DNA of 45,566 bases from Chiloscyllium plagiosum (taxonomy: Eukaryota), in the NCBI RefSeq assembly GCF_004010195.1, contig NC_057728.1, positions 40,488,231 to 40,533,796 of the forward strand. Direction: 5' to 3'. Of this stretch, positions 1-11,260 are shown in pieces. Both the position numbers and the translations under genes were made by a program. The stretch's first letter is position 1, and the number at the start of each line of letters is the position of its first letter. The notes under the pieces were generated by a model. The model saw nothing but the letters and a program-made list of their open reading frames with translations. It did no database searches and was not told the DNA's origin.

Positions 1-178
1 TGCTTTGCCTCCAATGGTAGTAGATTCGTCAAGTTTAAGTGCATTAGAGTCGTCATTGGACAGGCATATGGATGTACATGGAATAGTGTAGGTGGGATGG
101 GCTTCAGATTAGTATGACAGGTCGGCGCAACATCGAGGGCCGAAGGGCCTGTACTGCGCTGTAATGTTCTATATAATG
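1..178 (+). mobile_element. CR1-type LINE 3' end
   Basis: Degenerate ORF2 C-terminus, then the typical 3' UTR 'gggccgaagggcctgtactgcgctgtaatgttcta'. Confidence 0.8.
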
Positions 179-486
179 TTGCTGCTGCTTCTTTTGGCAT
201 TCATCTTAAAATGGTCACCGCTGGTTTAAATGGTCTACCAATAGATAATTTTTAAATCTCTTCTCTGCTTTTTCTCTAAAGAGAACAGCATCAGCTTCAC
301 CAGAATTCTTCTCATCTCATCACTGAAATCTCTTATCCCAGCAACTATTTTCATAATTTTTACTTTATCTTCTCCAATGGCTTTGCATTATTTTTTAATA
401 AGTCCCTGGAATGAAACACAGTGGAGGCTGAAGAGTATTTTTTTATATAACATCCTTGCTTTGTTATTCTGTGTGGTAATGTTAAT

Positions 487-1033
487 AGAGTCATAGAGTC
501 ATAGAGATGTACAGCAAGGAAATAGACTCTTTGGTCCAACCCGTCCATGCCAACCAGATATCCCAAACCAATCTAGTCCCACTTGCCAGCACCTGGCCCA
601 TATCCCTCCAAACCCTTCCTATTCATATACCCATCCAGATGCCTTTTAAATGTTGCAATTGTACTAGCCTCCACCACATCCCCTGGCAGCCCATTCTACA
701 CATGTACCACCCTCTGCGTGAAAAAGTTGCCCCTTAGGTCTCTTTTATATCTTTCCTCTCTCACCCTAAACCCCTAGTTCTGGACTCCCCCACCCTATGG
801 AAAAGACTTTGTCTATTTACCCTATCCATTCCCCTCAGGATTATATAAAATTCTATAAGGTCACCCCTCAGCCTCCAGCGCTCCAGGGAAAACAGTCCTA
901 GCCTGTTTAACCTCTCTCTATAGCTCAAATTCTCCAGCACTGGCAACATCCTTGTGAATCTTTTCTGAACTGTTTCAAGTTTCACAACATCCTTCCAATA
1001 GGAAGGAGACCAGAATTGCACGCAATATTCCAA
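487..1033 (-). mobile_element. CR1 (HER1-like) LINE, 5'-truncated
   Basis: Minus ORF reads EYCVQFWSP...QKRFTRMLP...RLRGDLIE; (TCTATGAC)n tail seen as agagtcatagagtcataga at 487-505. Confidence 0.92.
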
Positions 1034-1049
1034 AACAGAAACCTACTCA

Positions 1050-1149
1050 AGTGTGCTAGAGGGAGGTTTGTAGTATACGTCCCCAAGGGTCAATATTGGG
1101 ATTTTTGCTTTTCCTAATACGTATTAATGATCTAGATCTTGGTGCACCA
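1050..1149 (+). mobile_element. Old CR1 RT fragment (5' part; resumes at about 2904)
   Basis: gtccccaagggtcaatattggga...tattaatgatctagat resembles VPQGSILG..LF..YINDLD. Confidence 0.7.
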
Positions 1150-1208
1150 TGAAATAATTCCATGCTTTCGTGTGGAAATTCTTTGACACTAGTCTAGCTC
1201 CCTCAGAG

Positions 1209-1357
1209 GAGAAAGTGAGGACTGCAGATGCTGGAGATCAGAGCTGAAAATGTGTTGCTGGAAAAGCGCAGCAGAAGAAGGGCTCATGCCCGAAACGTCG
1301 ATTCTCCTGCTCCTTGGATGCTGCCTGACCTGCTGCGCTTTTCCAACAACACATTTT
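1209..1357. mobile_element. Fold-back mini-insertion derived from a Penelope-like element end
   Basis: 14-bp duplication tagctccctcagag at 1195-1208 and 1358-1371; inverted arms aaaatgtgttgctggaaaagcgcagcag / ctgctgcgcttttccaacaacacatttt; matches PLE ends at 7670-7760 and 42120-42200. Confidence 0.88.
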
Positions 1358-1455
1358 TAGCTCCCTCAGAGCCAGCTCTCAGAGTGTAAGGATGCCTGAC
1401 ACTCCTGCTCTTATCCGTCAGCCTGTGCTCGCTGATTGGGCCAGATTAACAACCC

Positions 1456-2668
1456 TGAAAGGGCTGCCCATGTTTGAAAGACACAAAATGGCCGACAAAG
1501 GTTAAACAGAATTAAACAGCCTGCTCCCGCTATAAAACACAAAATGGCCAACAAGGGATAAATAGAATTAAACAGCTTGCTTCGGCATTTTAACAAAATA
1601 AAATGGTGCCTTTGAACAGGGCTACTCCAAGGTGAATAGGAAGCCCTATACAAGCAACCATCCGAGACAGTTTGATAAGAAGATATCTAAGGATCGATAC
1701 AAGTTTATTAAAATATGACAACTGATTCCAGCCTTATTAATGAAAGGATGTTGGACAGTGCCAGTTAAAACAAGAGGTGTAAATCGCAGTCCATGAACTA
1801 GTTAGCCTAACTCATTAAGCAACTATGAAAACAACAGCTAAAGTTATTTTGTAGTAATCTGTTGTTTCTTTGAAGTAATGCACAGTATTAAGAAATAGAT
1901 TCTAGTTAAAGATTCTTCAGATAATCACATAGATTGATTTCAGCATTGGTTATATATGTGTATCTATAATAAAGTAAAATAGAAACATGATGGGAAAAAC
2001 ATTTAAATATAGACATGAAAGTTAGTTAGTCTTGGGAAACACTTTCCTTATCTCTTAAAAAATGCCTGGCACGTCCTGAATGAAATATATTGCTCGCAAC
2101 TTCTTAGTTTAAAAGTGCTAAGTGTAGAAGTAACTGTATAACTTTACACATCTAACTAACTTTAGAACAGAAATTAATATTACAAATCTTAAAGCAGTTA
2201 GTTAGAACCAACTGTCTTTTAGTTTTTTAAAATATATATAAATAGGACAGTGGAAAAATAAGATGCATAGAAAGATCCCAAGAGCTGGCAATTACAATAC
2301 CTGTTAAAACACCATGAGATCATGGAAACCTGGGGTTGTCCATAAGGAATGCTCATCATTAATTCACTGTTTCACGGGATTGGGTGTACGGAATAAGGGG
2401 AAGGACACAGTGGCCACATTGCATGTGATTATTATAACTCAAACTATATGAAAATGCTGCATTTCATAAAAAAATAAGAGTGTGTCATTGATCTTTCTTC
2501 CGATTGACTCATAGGTTAGGAGAATGACTGGGTTCTCACATCAAGGCCAGATTTGGGATCTCTCGCTGCATTAACTGGCTGTTGCTTGAACAAGAAGAAA
2601 GTCTGCCACTTGCCTGAATCCTGCCTACCTCCTGAGTCTTTGTTTCCGGTCAGGGGCATGCTCCTACA
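1456..2668. mobile_element. 1.2-kb TG...CA insertion, probable solo LTR of a different (possibly retroviral) family
   Basis: Interrupts the host LTR precisely; begins tgaaagggctgccc and ends gggcatgctcctaca (imperfect inverted termini); internal ~55-bp tandem repeats. Confidence 0.6.
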
Positions 2669-2780
2669 GGCCTCAATCAAGGAACTCATGTTCTGTGAGG
2701 TCCACCTGGCTGACCTCGTTACAATCACTACACAAAAGGTTCAAAGATTTAGACATTTTTTGGGGGGGGTTCAATGTTTC

Positions 2781-2903
2781 TGAGGGCCCTCTTGTGGTAC
2801 AGTGATATTGTCCATACCCCTAGCCCAGCGGGCACGGGTTCAAATCGTACCTGTTCCAGAGCTATGGAATAACATCTCTGAATAGGTTGATTAGGAAAAT
2901 AAA
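2781..2903 (+). mobile_element. Short tRNA-derived SINE
   Basis: A-box-like tggtacagtg, B-box gggttcaaatc, A-rich end, 11-bp target duplication ttcaatgtttc at 2770-2780 and 2904-2914. Confidence 0.8.
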
Positions 2904-3700
2904 TTCAATGTTTCAGGATGATACAAAACTTGGAAGCATTGCAACTGTGAGGGCAGATTAGAACTTCAAAGGGACATAGATGATTTGGTAGAGTGGGCAG
3001 AAAGTTGACACATGAAGTTCAATGCTGAGAAGTATGAGGTGATTCATTTGGTAGGAAGAACATTGTGACAGACAATATAAAATAGGTGTACAACACTTAA
3101 GGGCTTTAGGAGCAGAGATACTTGGGTGTAAATGTGCATAGATCATTAAAGATGTCAAAATAGGTGAAAAGCATAGTTAATAAAGCCTGCATTATCCTGG
3201 GCTTTGTTACTAGGGGCATGGAGTACAGAGGAAGAATGTTATGCTGAACTTGTACAAGTCAATAGTTAGACTTCAGTTGGAGTATTGTGTAAGTTTCTCA
3301 GAATCAGACTTTAGGAAAGATATGAATGCATCGGACTGAATGCAGAAGAGGTTTACAAGAATGGTTGCAGGGATGAGAAATGTTAAGACAAGTATAGATT
3401 GTAGAGGCTGGGACCGTTCTCCCTAGAGAGAAGAGGCTGGAGTGTAGATGGAGAGAAACTGTTACTGTTCGCAAAAGGACCGAGGAAAAGAAGGCATACG
3501 TGATTTGCAAAAGAAGCAAATGTGATGCGAGAAAAAAAGTTTTCAGAAACTGAGCGGTCCAAGTCTGAATGCATTGTGTGGAAATAAGGTGGAGGCATTC
3601 AAGAGGGAATTAGATGATTATCTTAACAGAAATGAGGTACAGCTGGTGCAGACATGATGAGCTGAATAACCTCCTTCCGGATTGTATTACTTCTGGGATT
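2904..3700 (+). mobile_element. Old CR1 LINE, RT C-terminus to 3' end
   Basis: Degenerate DDTKLG, LEYCV.F and QKRFTRMV motifs, then a CR1-like 3' UTR. Confidence 0.85.
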
Positions 3701-3989
3701 CTAAACATTTTCTTACCATCGAAGTTAAGTAGACTGGCCAACAATTGCTGTGTTTATCCTTTTTGAATAAGAGTTTAATATTACATAATTCACCAGTCCT
3801 CTTGCACCACCTTTAGGGATTGAATAGAATGGACACTTGTTCTGCAAGTTTCCACCCTCACATCCTCCATCTTGTCTGGTCTGGTGAGCAAAACTCTCTT
3901 ACGAAAGGGTGTTGCTCTGTAATTCAGCAAGGTTAAATCCCAATCACTATTCGTGATCATTCACATTTTAATGGCTTTCACTGTTTCTT

Positions 3990-4660
3990 CAGCTCTCCAT
4001 TGGCCTGTAAGAATTCTTGGCAGAAATCTGACCCACTGTCTTACAGTTAGTCTTTCTCCTTTTTCAGAAGACCCAGTTATAAGGGTTCATTTCTGCTCAG
4101 TATAAATGCTTTATGGTGCCATAAGATATAGAGGATCTCATTAATATCACACCCCTTGTGGTTAAGGTGGTGGTTAATCTTAACTTGGCAATTTGCACGT
4201 TTGCAATTTGATTCTTGATACCTGGATATGTACAAAATTTAGCCATTCCAAATAGTCAGTCAGTACTATAACAACTGTGACTGTATGAAAGTTGAACTCA
4301 ATTTTAATCATTTTAACTTCTAAAGCAAATGACCAACATCATTGGTGTTGATCTTTTCCATCCATTTAGAAATCCATATTCTTATTTCTTTCCTTATTTC
4401 CATTTCATGACTTGTCTGTCTTTCAGAGACTTGTCTTTTACTCCTTTAATTGTACATTTGGTTTCGCAGAACTGATTGAAGTGCCCTGTCTTTCCACACA
4501 GGAAATGAGCTACACTCCTTGCCTTCTGTTCTTCAATATCGTTGCTGCATGGTTTCCTGCGTTTTTCCCCTTTTTTGAGGGCTTTTGGATCAGCAGAACT
4601 GCTGTCTTTGGGCCTGTCACGTAATATACTCATCCAAAGCCTTGGTAGTTCCACAGATTA
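3990..4660 (-). pseudogene. Decayed Gypsy gag zinc knuckle plus protease region
   Basis: Minus strand encodes FLCGKTGHFNQFC (CCHC-like), then IEFNFHTVTVVIVLTDYLEWL (resembles FKLDTGASVTVLSD..PWL) and EILYIL...ILSRN...LGLL. Confidence 0.65.
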
Positions 4661-5139
4661 TGGCTAAAAGTGGTCCTTAAGTTTGGCCTGACTAGTATAG
4701 TGAATCATTTGTCTCTTTTAAATGCACCACACCCACAATAACTGACTAACTTATGTAGTTCTCTCAGGGAAATTTGATGGATTTCCTTGATTTTACGATA
4801 TCAGATTGGATCTCACTCATGTAATTATGAGGATCTGATCTGGATTGAAGTTTGCATTGAATACAGAGAGATAAAAGCAGTGGTTACATGTCACAGAGAA
4901 AAAAAAGACCGGAACATGACTGCATTTGGGAAAGATTGTGTTGTATAGGTAAAGGTTTTGAAAGAGTTGAGATTGAAGTTGCATTAAACTCCACCCAATC
5001 TAATGATATTGCATACTCTGTGAATAAAGAATCAAGCAGTTTAGCATGAAGCCTTGAAGGAGACAGATGTTATGTCTGGCTCCTGATAGTTTTCAGTAAT
5101 TATGCCTAGCTAATTGATTTAACTTGGACCTATTGTTAT

Positions 5140-6630
5140 TATGCAATGAAATTCAAATGATTAGTGAACCTCAAATCTGAATGCTTCTCATGTTAAAGAA
5201 GTAGTTCAATATGTCTCTACACACCAAGGAAAATTTTGCATTCCTTAATGAATGAAGACCAGAAGCAACTCGGTGAAATGACCATAATGGGCATCATTTT
5301 CCTGGTGTTATACAAATTGAATATTGTATGGGCATGTTGATTGTACCCAAATCCAATGGAATCTCCAGTCTATCTGTTGACATGGCATAGCTCAATAAAG
5401 TGGTAGCTAGGGAAATCCATCCTAAGTATGCAGTCAACAAGACTTCAGCCAATTTGTGTAAAAGTAGAATTTTTACCAAACTCGAAGCCAACAGTGGCCT
5501 CTGACAAGTGCCAATAGATGAGCAGTAACTGCAGTTACTACTTCATTTTGGGAAATATTGCTTCAGGAGACTTCCATTCAGGATTGCCTCAGTCTTAAAG
5601 GTCTTCACATGGACTATTACATGGTTTATAGGGGGGTCATACATATGGAGATGGTTGAGGAACTCAAGCATGGAGTCCCTGTAGATTTAAATTGCCTACA
5701 AGCTAAAGCGCTTATCCTCAATGAAAAGGGATTTATTCACTTTTTGGCACATATTGCTGACAAAGAGATGATAAGGCCAGGTACATAGAAAATACTGGCT
5801 GTTTTGGGATTTCACATTCTGAACTGGGCTTATGACCTACAAGATTTCTAGACATGGTAAATCAGTTCCCAAAGTTTCCACTTCACTTGGCAATTACAAC
5901 TGAAGCCTTGAAACAAATACTCAAGGAGAGACAAGAATACTGCTGGGACTCACATCAGGACATACTTTCACACTGACATCCACAGATGTCCTGGGCACTA
6001 CAATCCATCCATCCCAACCTTTATAGCTGCTGAAGATTCAGTAATGTGTACAGAGCTGTGCTTTTTCAGGAGAAACCTTTTGGTTATAAAAAAAAAGTAT
6101 GTTATATCTCCAAGGTATCATCAATCATGAAGACCTCCTGTGCAGTTACAGAAAAGGAACTCTCAGTCACATGGGCATACGAAAGGTTTTAGACTACATC
6201 ATTGACCTCAGTGTTCTCATAGAAATGGACCAAAAGTCATTAGTCTCCCTATTGGACAAGAAAGAATTGGAAAGAATGCCCCCACAGATATAAGAGTTCC
6301 AACTCTGTTTGTTATGAAATTTGTCTGTGAGACCAAATATGTGCAGGGGCAGTTACAAACAATGCTGGGTGCACTGTCTGCATCAACTTTCAATTTAAAG
6401 CTCTCAAATGACTGATGAGAAACTCATTAGTGAAACTGAATCAATATCCAGACTATAGTGATCCAGTGGTGAGCAACACATTATAGTCCCAAACAAATTT
6501 GATAGGAACAAAGATATTTGAATTTGTTGCTATTCACCAGTATTTTATCAAAAGGAGGCCAGATCAAAGGCCCACAGCAGTGACCATGAAGACCTATATT
6601 GAGTATTGGCAGTATTTCACAGTTATAAAC
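5140..6630 (+). pseudogene. Decayed Gypsy pol: reverse transcriptase and RNase H
   Basis: IVPKSNG, LNKVVAREIHP, IFTKLEANSG, CFRRLPF, FLAHI...IRP and EMDQKSLVSLL..KELERMPPQI motifs, with stops and frameshifts. Confidence 0.88.
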
Positions 6631-6631
6631 A

Positions 6632-7765
6632 ACTAACAGTCCATCTTCCGTAGTTCCACCGGCACCATTCCCCACCTCTTCCTCCACTACATTGATGACT
6701 GCATCAGCACCACCTCGTGCTCCCATGAGGAGGTTGAGCAATTCGTCAACTTCACCAACACATTCCACCCTGACCTCAACTTCACCTGGATCATCTCTGA
6801 CACCTCTCTCCCCTTCCTGGACCTCTCCACCTCCATCAATGATGACTGACTTGACACCGACATTTTTTACAAACCCACCGACTCCCACAACTACCTGGAT
6901 TACATCTCTTCCCACCCTACCTCCTGCAAAAATGCCATCCCGTATTCCCAATTCCTCTGCCTCTGCTGTATCTGCTCCCAGGAGGACCAGTTCCACCACT
7001 GAACACACCAGATGGCCTCCTTCTTTAGAGATTGCAATTTCCCTTCCTGCATGATTGAAGATGCCCTCCAATACATCTCATCCACATCCCACAACTCCAC
7101 CCATCCAACCGTAACAAGGACAGAACCCCCCGGTCCTCACTTTGCACTCCACCAACCTTCGCATTAACCGCATCATCCGCCGACATTTCCGCCACCTCCA
7201 AACGGACCCCACCACCAGAGATGTATTTCCCTCCCCATCCCTTTCCGCCTTCCGCAAAGACCGTTCCCTCCGTGACTACTGGTCAGGTCCACGTCCCCCC
7301 CAACAACCCATCGTCCTGTCATGACACCCTCCTTTGCCACCACAGGAACTGCAAAACCTGCGTCCACATCTCCTCCCTCACCTCCATCCAAGACCCCAAA
7401 GAAGCCTTCTACATCCATCAAAGTTTTACCTGCACATCCACCAATATCATTTATTGTATCCATTGCTCCTGATGCGGTCTCCTCTACATTGGGGAGACTG
7501 GACGCCTCCTAGCAGAGCGCTTTAGGGAACATCTCCAGGACACCCGCACCAAACCTTCATCCCCACCTCTATCCACCTATTGTACTGTAGCACCTTCTCC
7601 CCAGTCCTATGCCCTCCTCCCCACCCCCCCCCCATTTATCTCTCTACCCTGGAGGCTCCCTGCCTCCATTCCTGATGAAGGGCTTTTGCCGGAAATGTCG
7701 ATTGTCTTATTCCTTGGACGCTGCCTGACCTGCTGTGCTTTTCCAGCACCACTCTGATCTAAACT
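6632..7765 (+). mobile_element. Penelope-like element (RT end, GIY-YIG endonuclease, pLTR) inserted in Gypsy pol
   Basis: HLFLHYIDDCI RT motif; NIIYCIHCS*CGLLYIGETGR GIY-YIG motif; C-rich UTR ending in a hammerhead-like core. Confidence 0.9.
7668..7702 (+). ncRNA. Degenerate minimal hammerhead-ribozyme-like motif
   Basis: CTGATGA-A-GGGC-TTTT-GCCG-GAAATGTC. Confidence 0.55.
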
Positions 7766-8850
7766 AGCTAGTCATTACTGTTTCACTATTGTAAAACAGT
7801 GCAGACAAGATAGACCATAAACACGAGGGGGTTACCAAGAATTGAGCCAGAGCTCAGGTGTGGGTATGAGGCTCAAGGATCTCAATGGCAATTGGAACTT
7901 CACAGCCGACTGTGAAGCTTGTGTAATTCACGGATGTGAACAAAGATAGCCTCTGATCCACATTACTTTGTCCGTCAGATGATGGAATCAAATGGAAAAT
8001 AGCTTGCTTATATTTGACAGGTGAGCTTACCTTTTCACTATCAACTGTTTTCATGGATAGAGGTAAAAGTGATATGTTTCAGCACCACAGAAGCAGTTTT
8101 CAGGGTCTTGTGTGAAATATTCACTATACATAGCCTCCCAAATGTGGCTGTGTTGGACAATAGACCGCATTTTGCTAACAGGTCTTTCAACCAGTTTGCA
8201 GTCATTCTGGATTTCAACATATTACCAGCTCGTTGAGATTCCCACAATCAAATGGGGAGCTGAATATGGAGTCTTGAAAGTCAAAACTCCTTTGAAGAAA
8301 ATGCAGACTTTTATACTGCCTTATTAGATTACTGATCCATCCCACTTCAATGTGCCTTATCACCATCAGCATTGCTGATGTGGAAGATGAAGATTCAACT
8401 CCCTGTACTAATTAAAGAGGTTGACTCCTCAGTTGAAGTCACAGGATTATAAAAATGTTTGTTTCAAAAGAAAGCAATCACAATCGCCAAATTTGGACCG
8501 TAAACACTGGATGTAAATGAGGAACAGCAATATGAATAATTCTGTGATCGAAAACTCAAATAACCAACAGCAATCATATTTGACTATGGAGCTGAGGGAG
8601 ATGTGAAGAGGAACCACAGTAACTTAGTTTCATTGCATAACAATCGTTTCCTAATGCTTGATTGGAACAAACCCAATGAGGAATGTCATGATGACAAAAG
8701 TTTCACAAACCAATCATAGCCAAGATCAGAATCAAGCTCAATCATCCATAAGCCAAAGGCCTACCTATCTTTCAGGAAAGGATGAGTTCTGGAGGAACCA
8801 TGAAACTTCCAGACTATCGGAATTTGTGAATTCAGAAACCTGAGGGGAGA
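7766..8850 (+). pseudogene. Decayed Gypsy integrase with polypurine tract
   Basis: H..G.TK..ARAQ..W zinc-finger remnant; FSWIEVK...EIFTIHSLPNVAVLDNRPHFAN core; purine run gaggggaga at 8842-8850. Confidence 0.85.
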
Positions 8851-9580
8851 TAGTGATAAATATAAAAGTGGTTTTATAGATGAATATATAATTATTAATG
8901 ATGGGGAAAACATCAAGAGATCTTGTATAGGGTAATGATGCTGAAACTCAACAATGAACTTGATTTAAACATTACCTAATTTTATGATGTCACACATTCT
9001 TTAATGCAAAATTGGGCATTCTAGCATACGGTCCCAATGGAAACAGATGTGTCATCTCTAGCTCCCGATAATCTTAAATAATCATGTCTAAGCAGTCATA
9101 GTAACTTGTACCAATTGCTATGATGCAATTAACTAACTCTAGTTATATAGTGGATTTTTGTTAAGACTCAACAATAGTCAAACCTCTACCACCAATAAAT
9201 TAGATACATCCTTTGTTGTCACTCAAATGATTGTTAATTGGAACAAACTATTTGGAGACACTTGTACAGGTCAAGATCATTTATTTATGAGTAAAAATCT
9301 TAAACATTCTAATACTGAACTCTGGCAAAAGCTCACAAGTTCTCATCTCTTGTATACGTAACAGTACGCATTCAATTTCTAATTTAATCAATCGATTATT
9401 GCATCTTAACCAAAGTTAATTTATTTCCCACAACACATACATCAAGTATTGTTTATGTCCATCCAAGATCTCCAGTTATCCTGCTGAGTGTGCAGTCTAG
9501 GCTGTATTCTTTTTTCCAACATTCACTTTCTGTCCCAGCACAATACCATGTACTTACATTTATTTTACTACAAACAAACA

Positions 9581-9945
9581 ACCTTATAAAATCATGAGGG
9601 GTATGGATAGGATAAATAGACAAGGTCTTTCCCTGGGGTGGGGGAATCTTAAACTACAGGGCATAGGTTTAGGGTGAGGGGGAAAAATTTAAAAGGGACT
9701 TAAAGGGCAACCTTTTCACACAGAGGGTGGTATGTGTATGGAATGAGTTGCCAGAGGAAGTAGTGGAGGCTGATACAATTACAACATTTAAAAGCCATCT
9801 GGATGGGTATATGACTAGGAAGGTGTAGAGAGATATGGGCCAAATGCTGGCAAATGAATTAGGATAGTTTAGGATATCTGGTCAGCATGGATGAGTTGGA
9901 TCAAAGGTCTGTTTCCATGCTGTACATTTCTATGACTCTATGACT
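9581..9945 (+). mobile_element. CR1 (HER1-like) LINE 3' fragment
   Basis: Same family as 487-1033 and 44000-44390; tail tctatgactctatgac. Confidence 0.92.
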
Positions 9946-10639
9946 TCTAAGTGAATGCATATTTAACCCTTTAAGCTTTAACACTTTGACTCAGATAGTA
10001 GGTGTGGTGACAGCAAGATATTTCAACTAGTCAGAAACTAATACCACAGGCTGCAACAGTGCACTGTGTGGAGGCGTAGGTATGGCTGACAATAACTTCA
10101 GATTTTCACAATAAAATAATTGCACACAGATGGCAGAAGTTGCTGTCAGTTTCACATTTAATTTCACCATCATTCTAATAGCAATTCTCAGGTCTTATCT
10201 TTTCTACGAGAAATAGTGTCTCAAATAAAATAAATGTGCCTGCAGGCACATTGAATTGCTTTGATTATTGGTGAGTTGGGTACATTTAAATGTCAGATTC
10301 ACGTTTCATATTTTTTCATGTTCACTTCTTTGTGGTAAAGCCACTTTGACAAATTAGATGTACAATATAAGTGATGGTGACAGTGTAATGGGTCAAAAAT
10401 TAAAGGTGTGAATCTCACATAATTTTGACCATGTCCAAGCTGCTCTGTGTTTCTTGAAGGGCTAGCTGTATCTTATCAAAGTCACCTCATTATTTACATG
10501 CCAACCCCTAAAGAGATCTCTCATATCTGATTTCTGCCTCCAGCTCGCCATTCACCATTCCTGGAATAATTTGTCATTTCTGGGATATCCTGGAATTCAG
10601 CAGCATCCCCTGTGCCCATACTATTTTTAAGTCTGTTGT

Positions 10640-11260
10640 GGACCAAGACAAGAACTGGAGGTTTACATTGCTGGATGTGGCAGCGGAAATTGGGGTCCTG
10701 CTTTGTGAAGGGTGTCCTATTGGATGGGGTGGTCCATGGGACTTCCTCTTTCCCTAGGACTTGGAGACGGTGACACCAGATTATGCCAATCTGGTCTGAT
10801 GATGGCACATGGGCTATACTAGTCTCAACCATCTGGAGGAATGTCCAGCACTGTAGAAAGGATGTAAATGTCCTTCTTCACTCCACCAGCATAAGTGCCA
10901 CATCTTCTCTCTGATACCTCACACTCACTTAATCTCTGCTCTACTACTCTCTCGATTGCTTGCAGCATCTGGCTCTCACTTGCTCTTATCCATCCTAGCC
11001 TTGTATGTCCTTTGCACTGCCTACTCATTCACTCTGTACACTTCCCCATCTGCACCAACAGTGATAGCTGTGGTGCCCATTTTCATCTTCAGAATACCTG
11101 CTTTTCAGGAGGAAAACAGCCCACAGTAAGGCAGAAACAGTCAAAATGGTCAGTCATGGGCTGCCCAACATTCATTTCCTCATCCCTTATCATGACTCTG
11201 ACCAATCAGAACATGGCCTGGCCCAGTTATTGGCTTTGAATCTATGTGAAATGGCAAGAC
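10640..11260 (+). pseudogene. PIF/Harbinger-type Myb/SANT-like gene remnant with intron; element probably spans about 10550-11940
   Basis: VLLDGV and RNVQHCRKDVNVLLHS, then a pyrimidine-rich intron-like stretch ending cttttcag (11108), then KTAHSKAE..K...GLPNIHFL.PY; resembles Harbinger Myb-like proteins. Confidence 0.6.

Larger units (their letters stand above)
1150..2732 (-). mobile_element. Solo LTR (Gypsy-like), split by two later insertions
   Basis: Segments 1150-1208, 1358-1455 and 2669-2732 join into a TG...CA unit on the minus strand (tgtagtgattgtaacgagg...ttatttca) that aligns with a second copy at 25538-25750. Confidence 0.8.

Noticed and set aside
1478..1610. Short direct repeats as a possible CRISPR-like array
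   Set aside because: Eukaryotic context; the repeats are contiguous tandem units without unique spacers.
6481..7071. 196-aa minus-strand ORF and overlapping Pro/Ser/Thr-rich plus ORF
   Set aside because: These are antisense and off-frame readings of the C-rich Penelope RT region, not independent genes.
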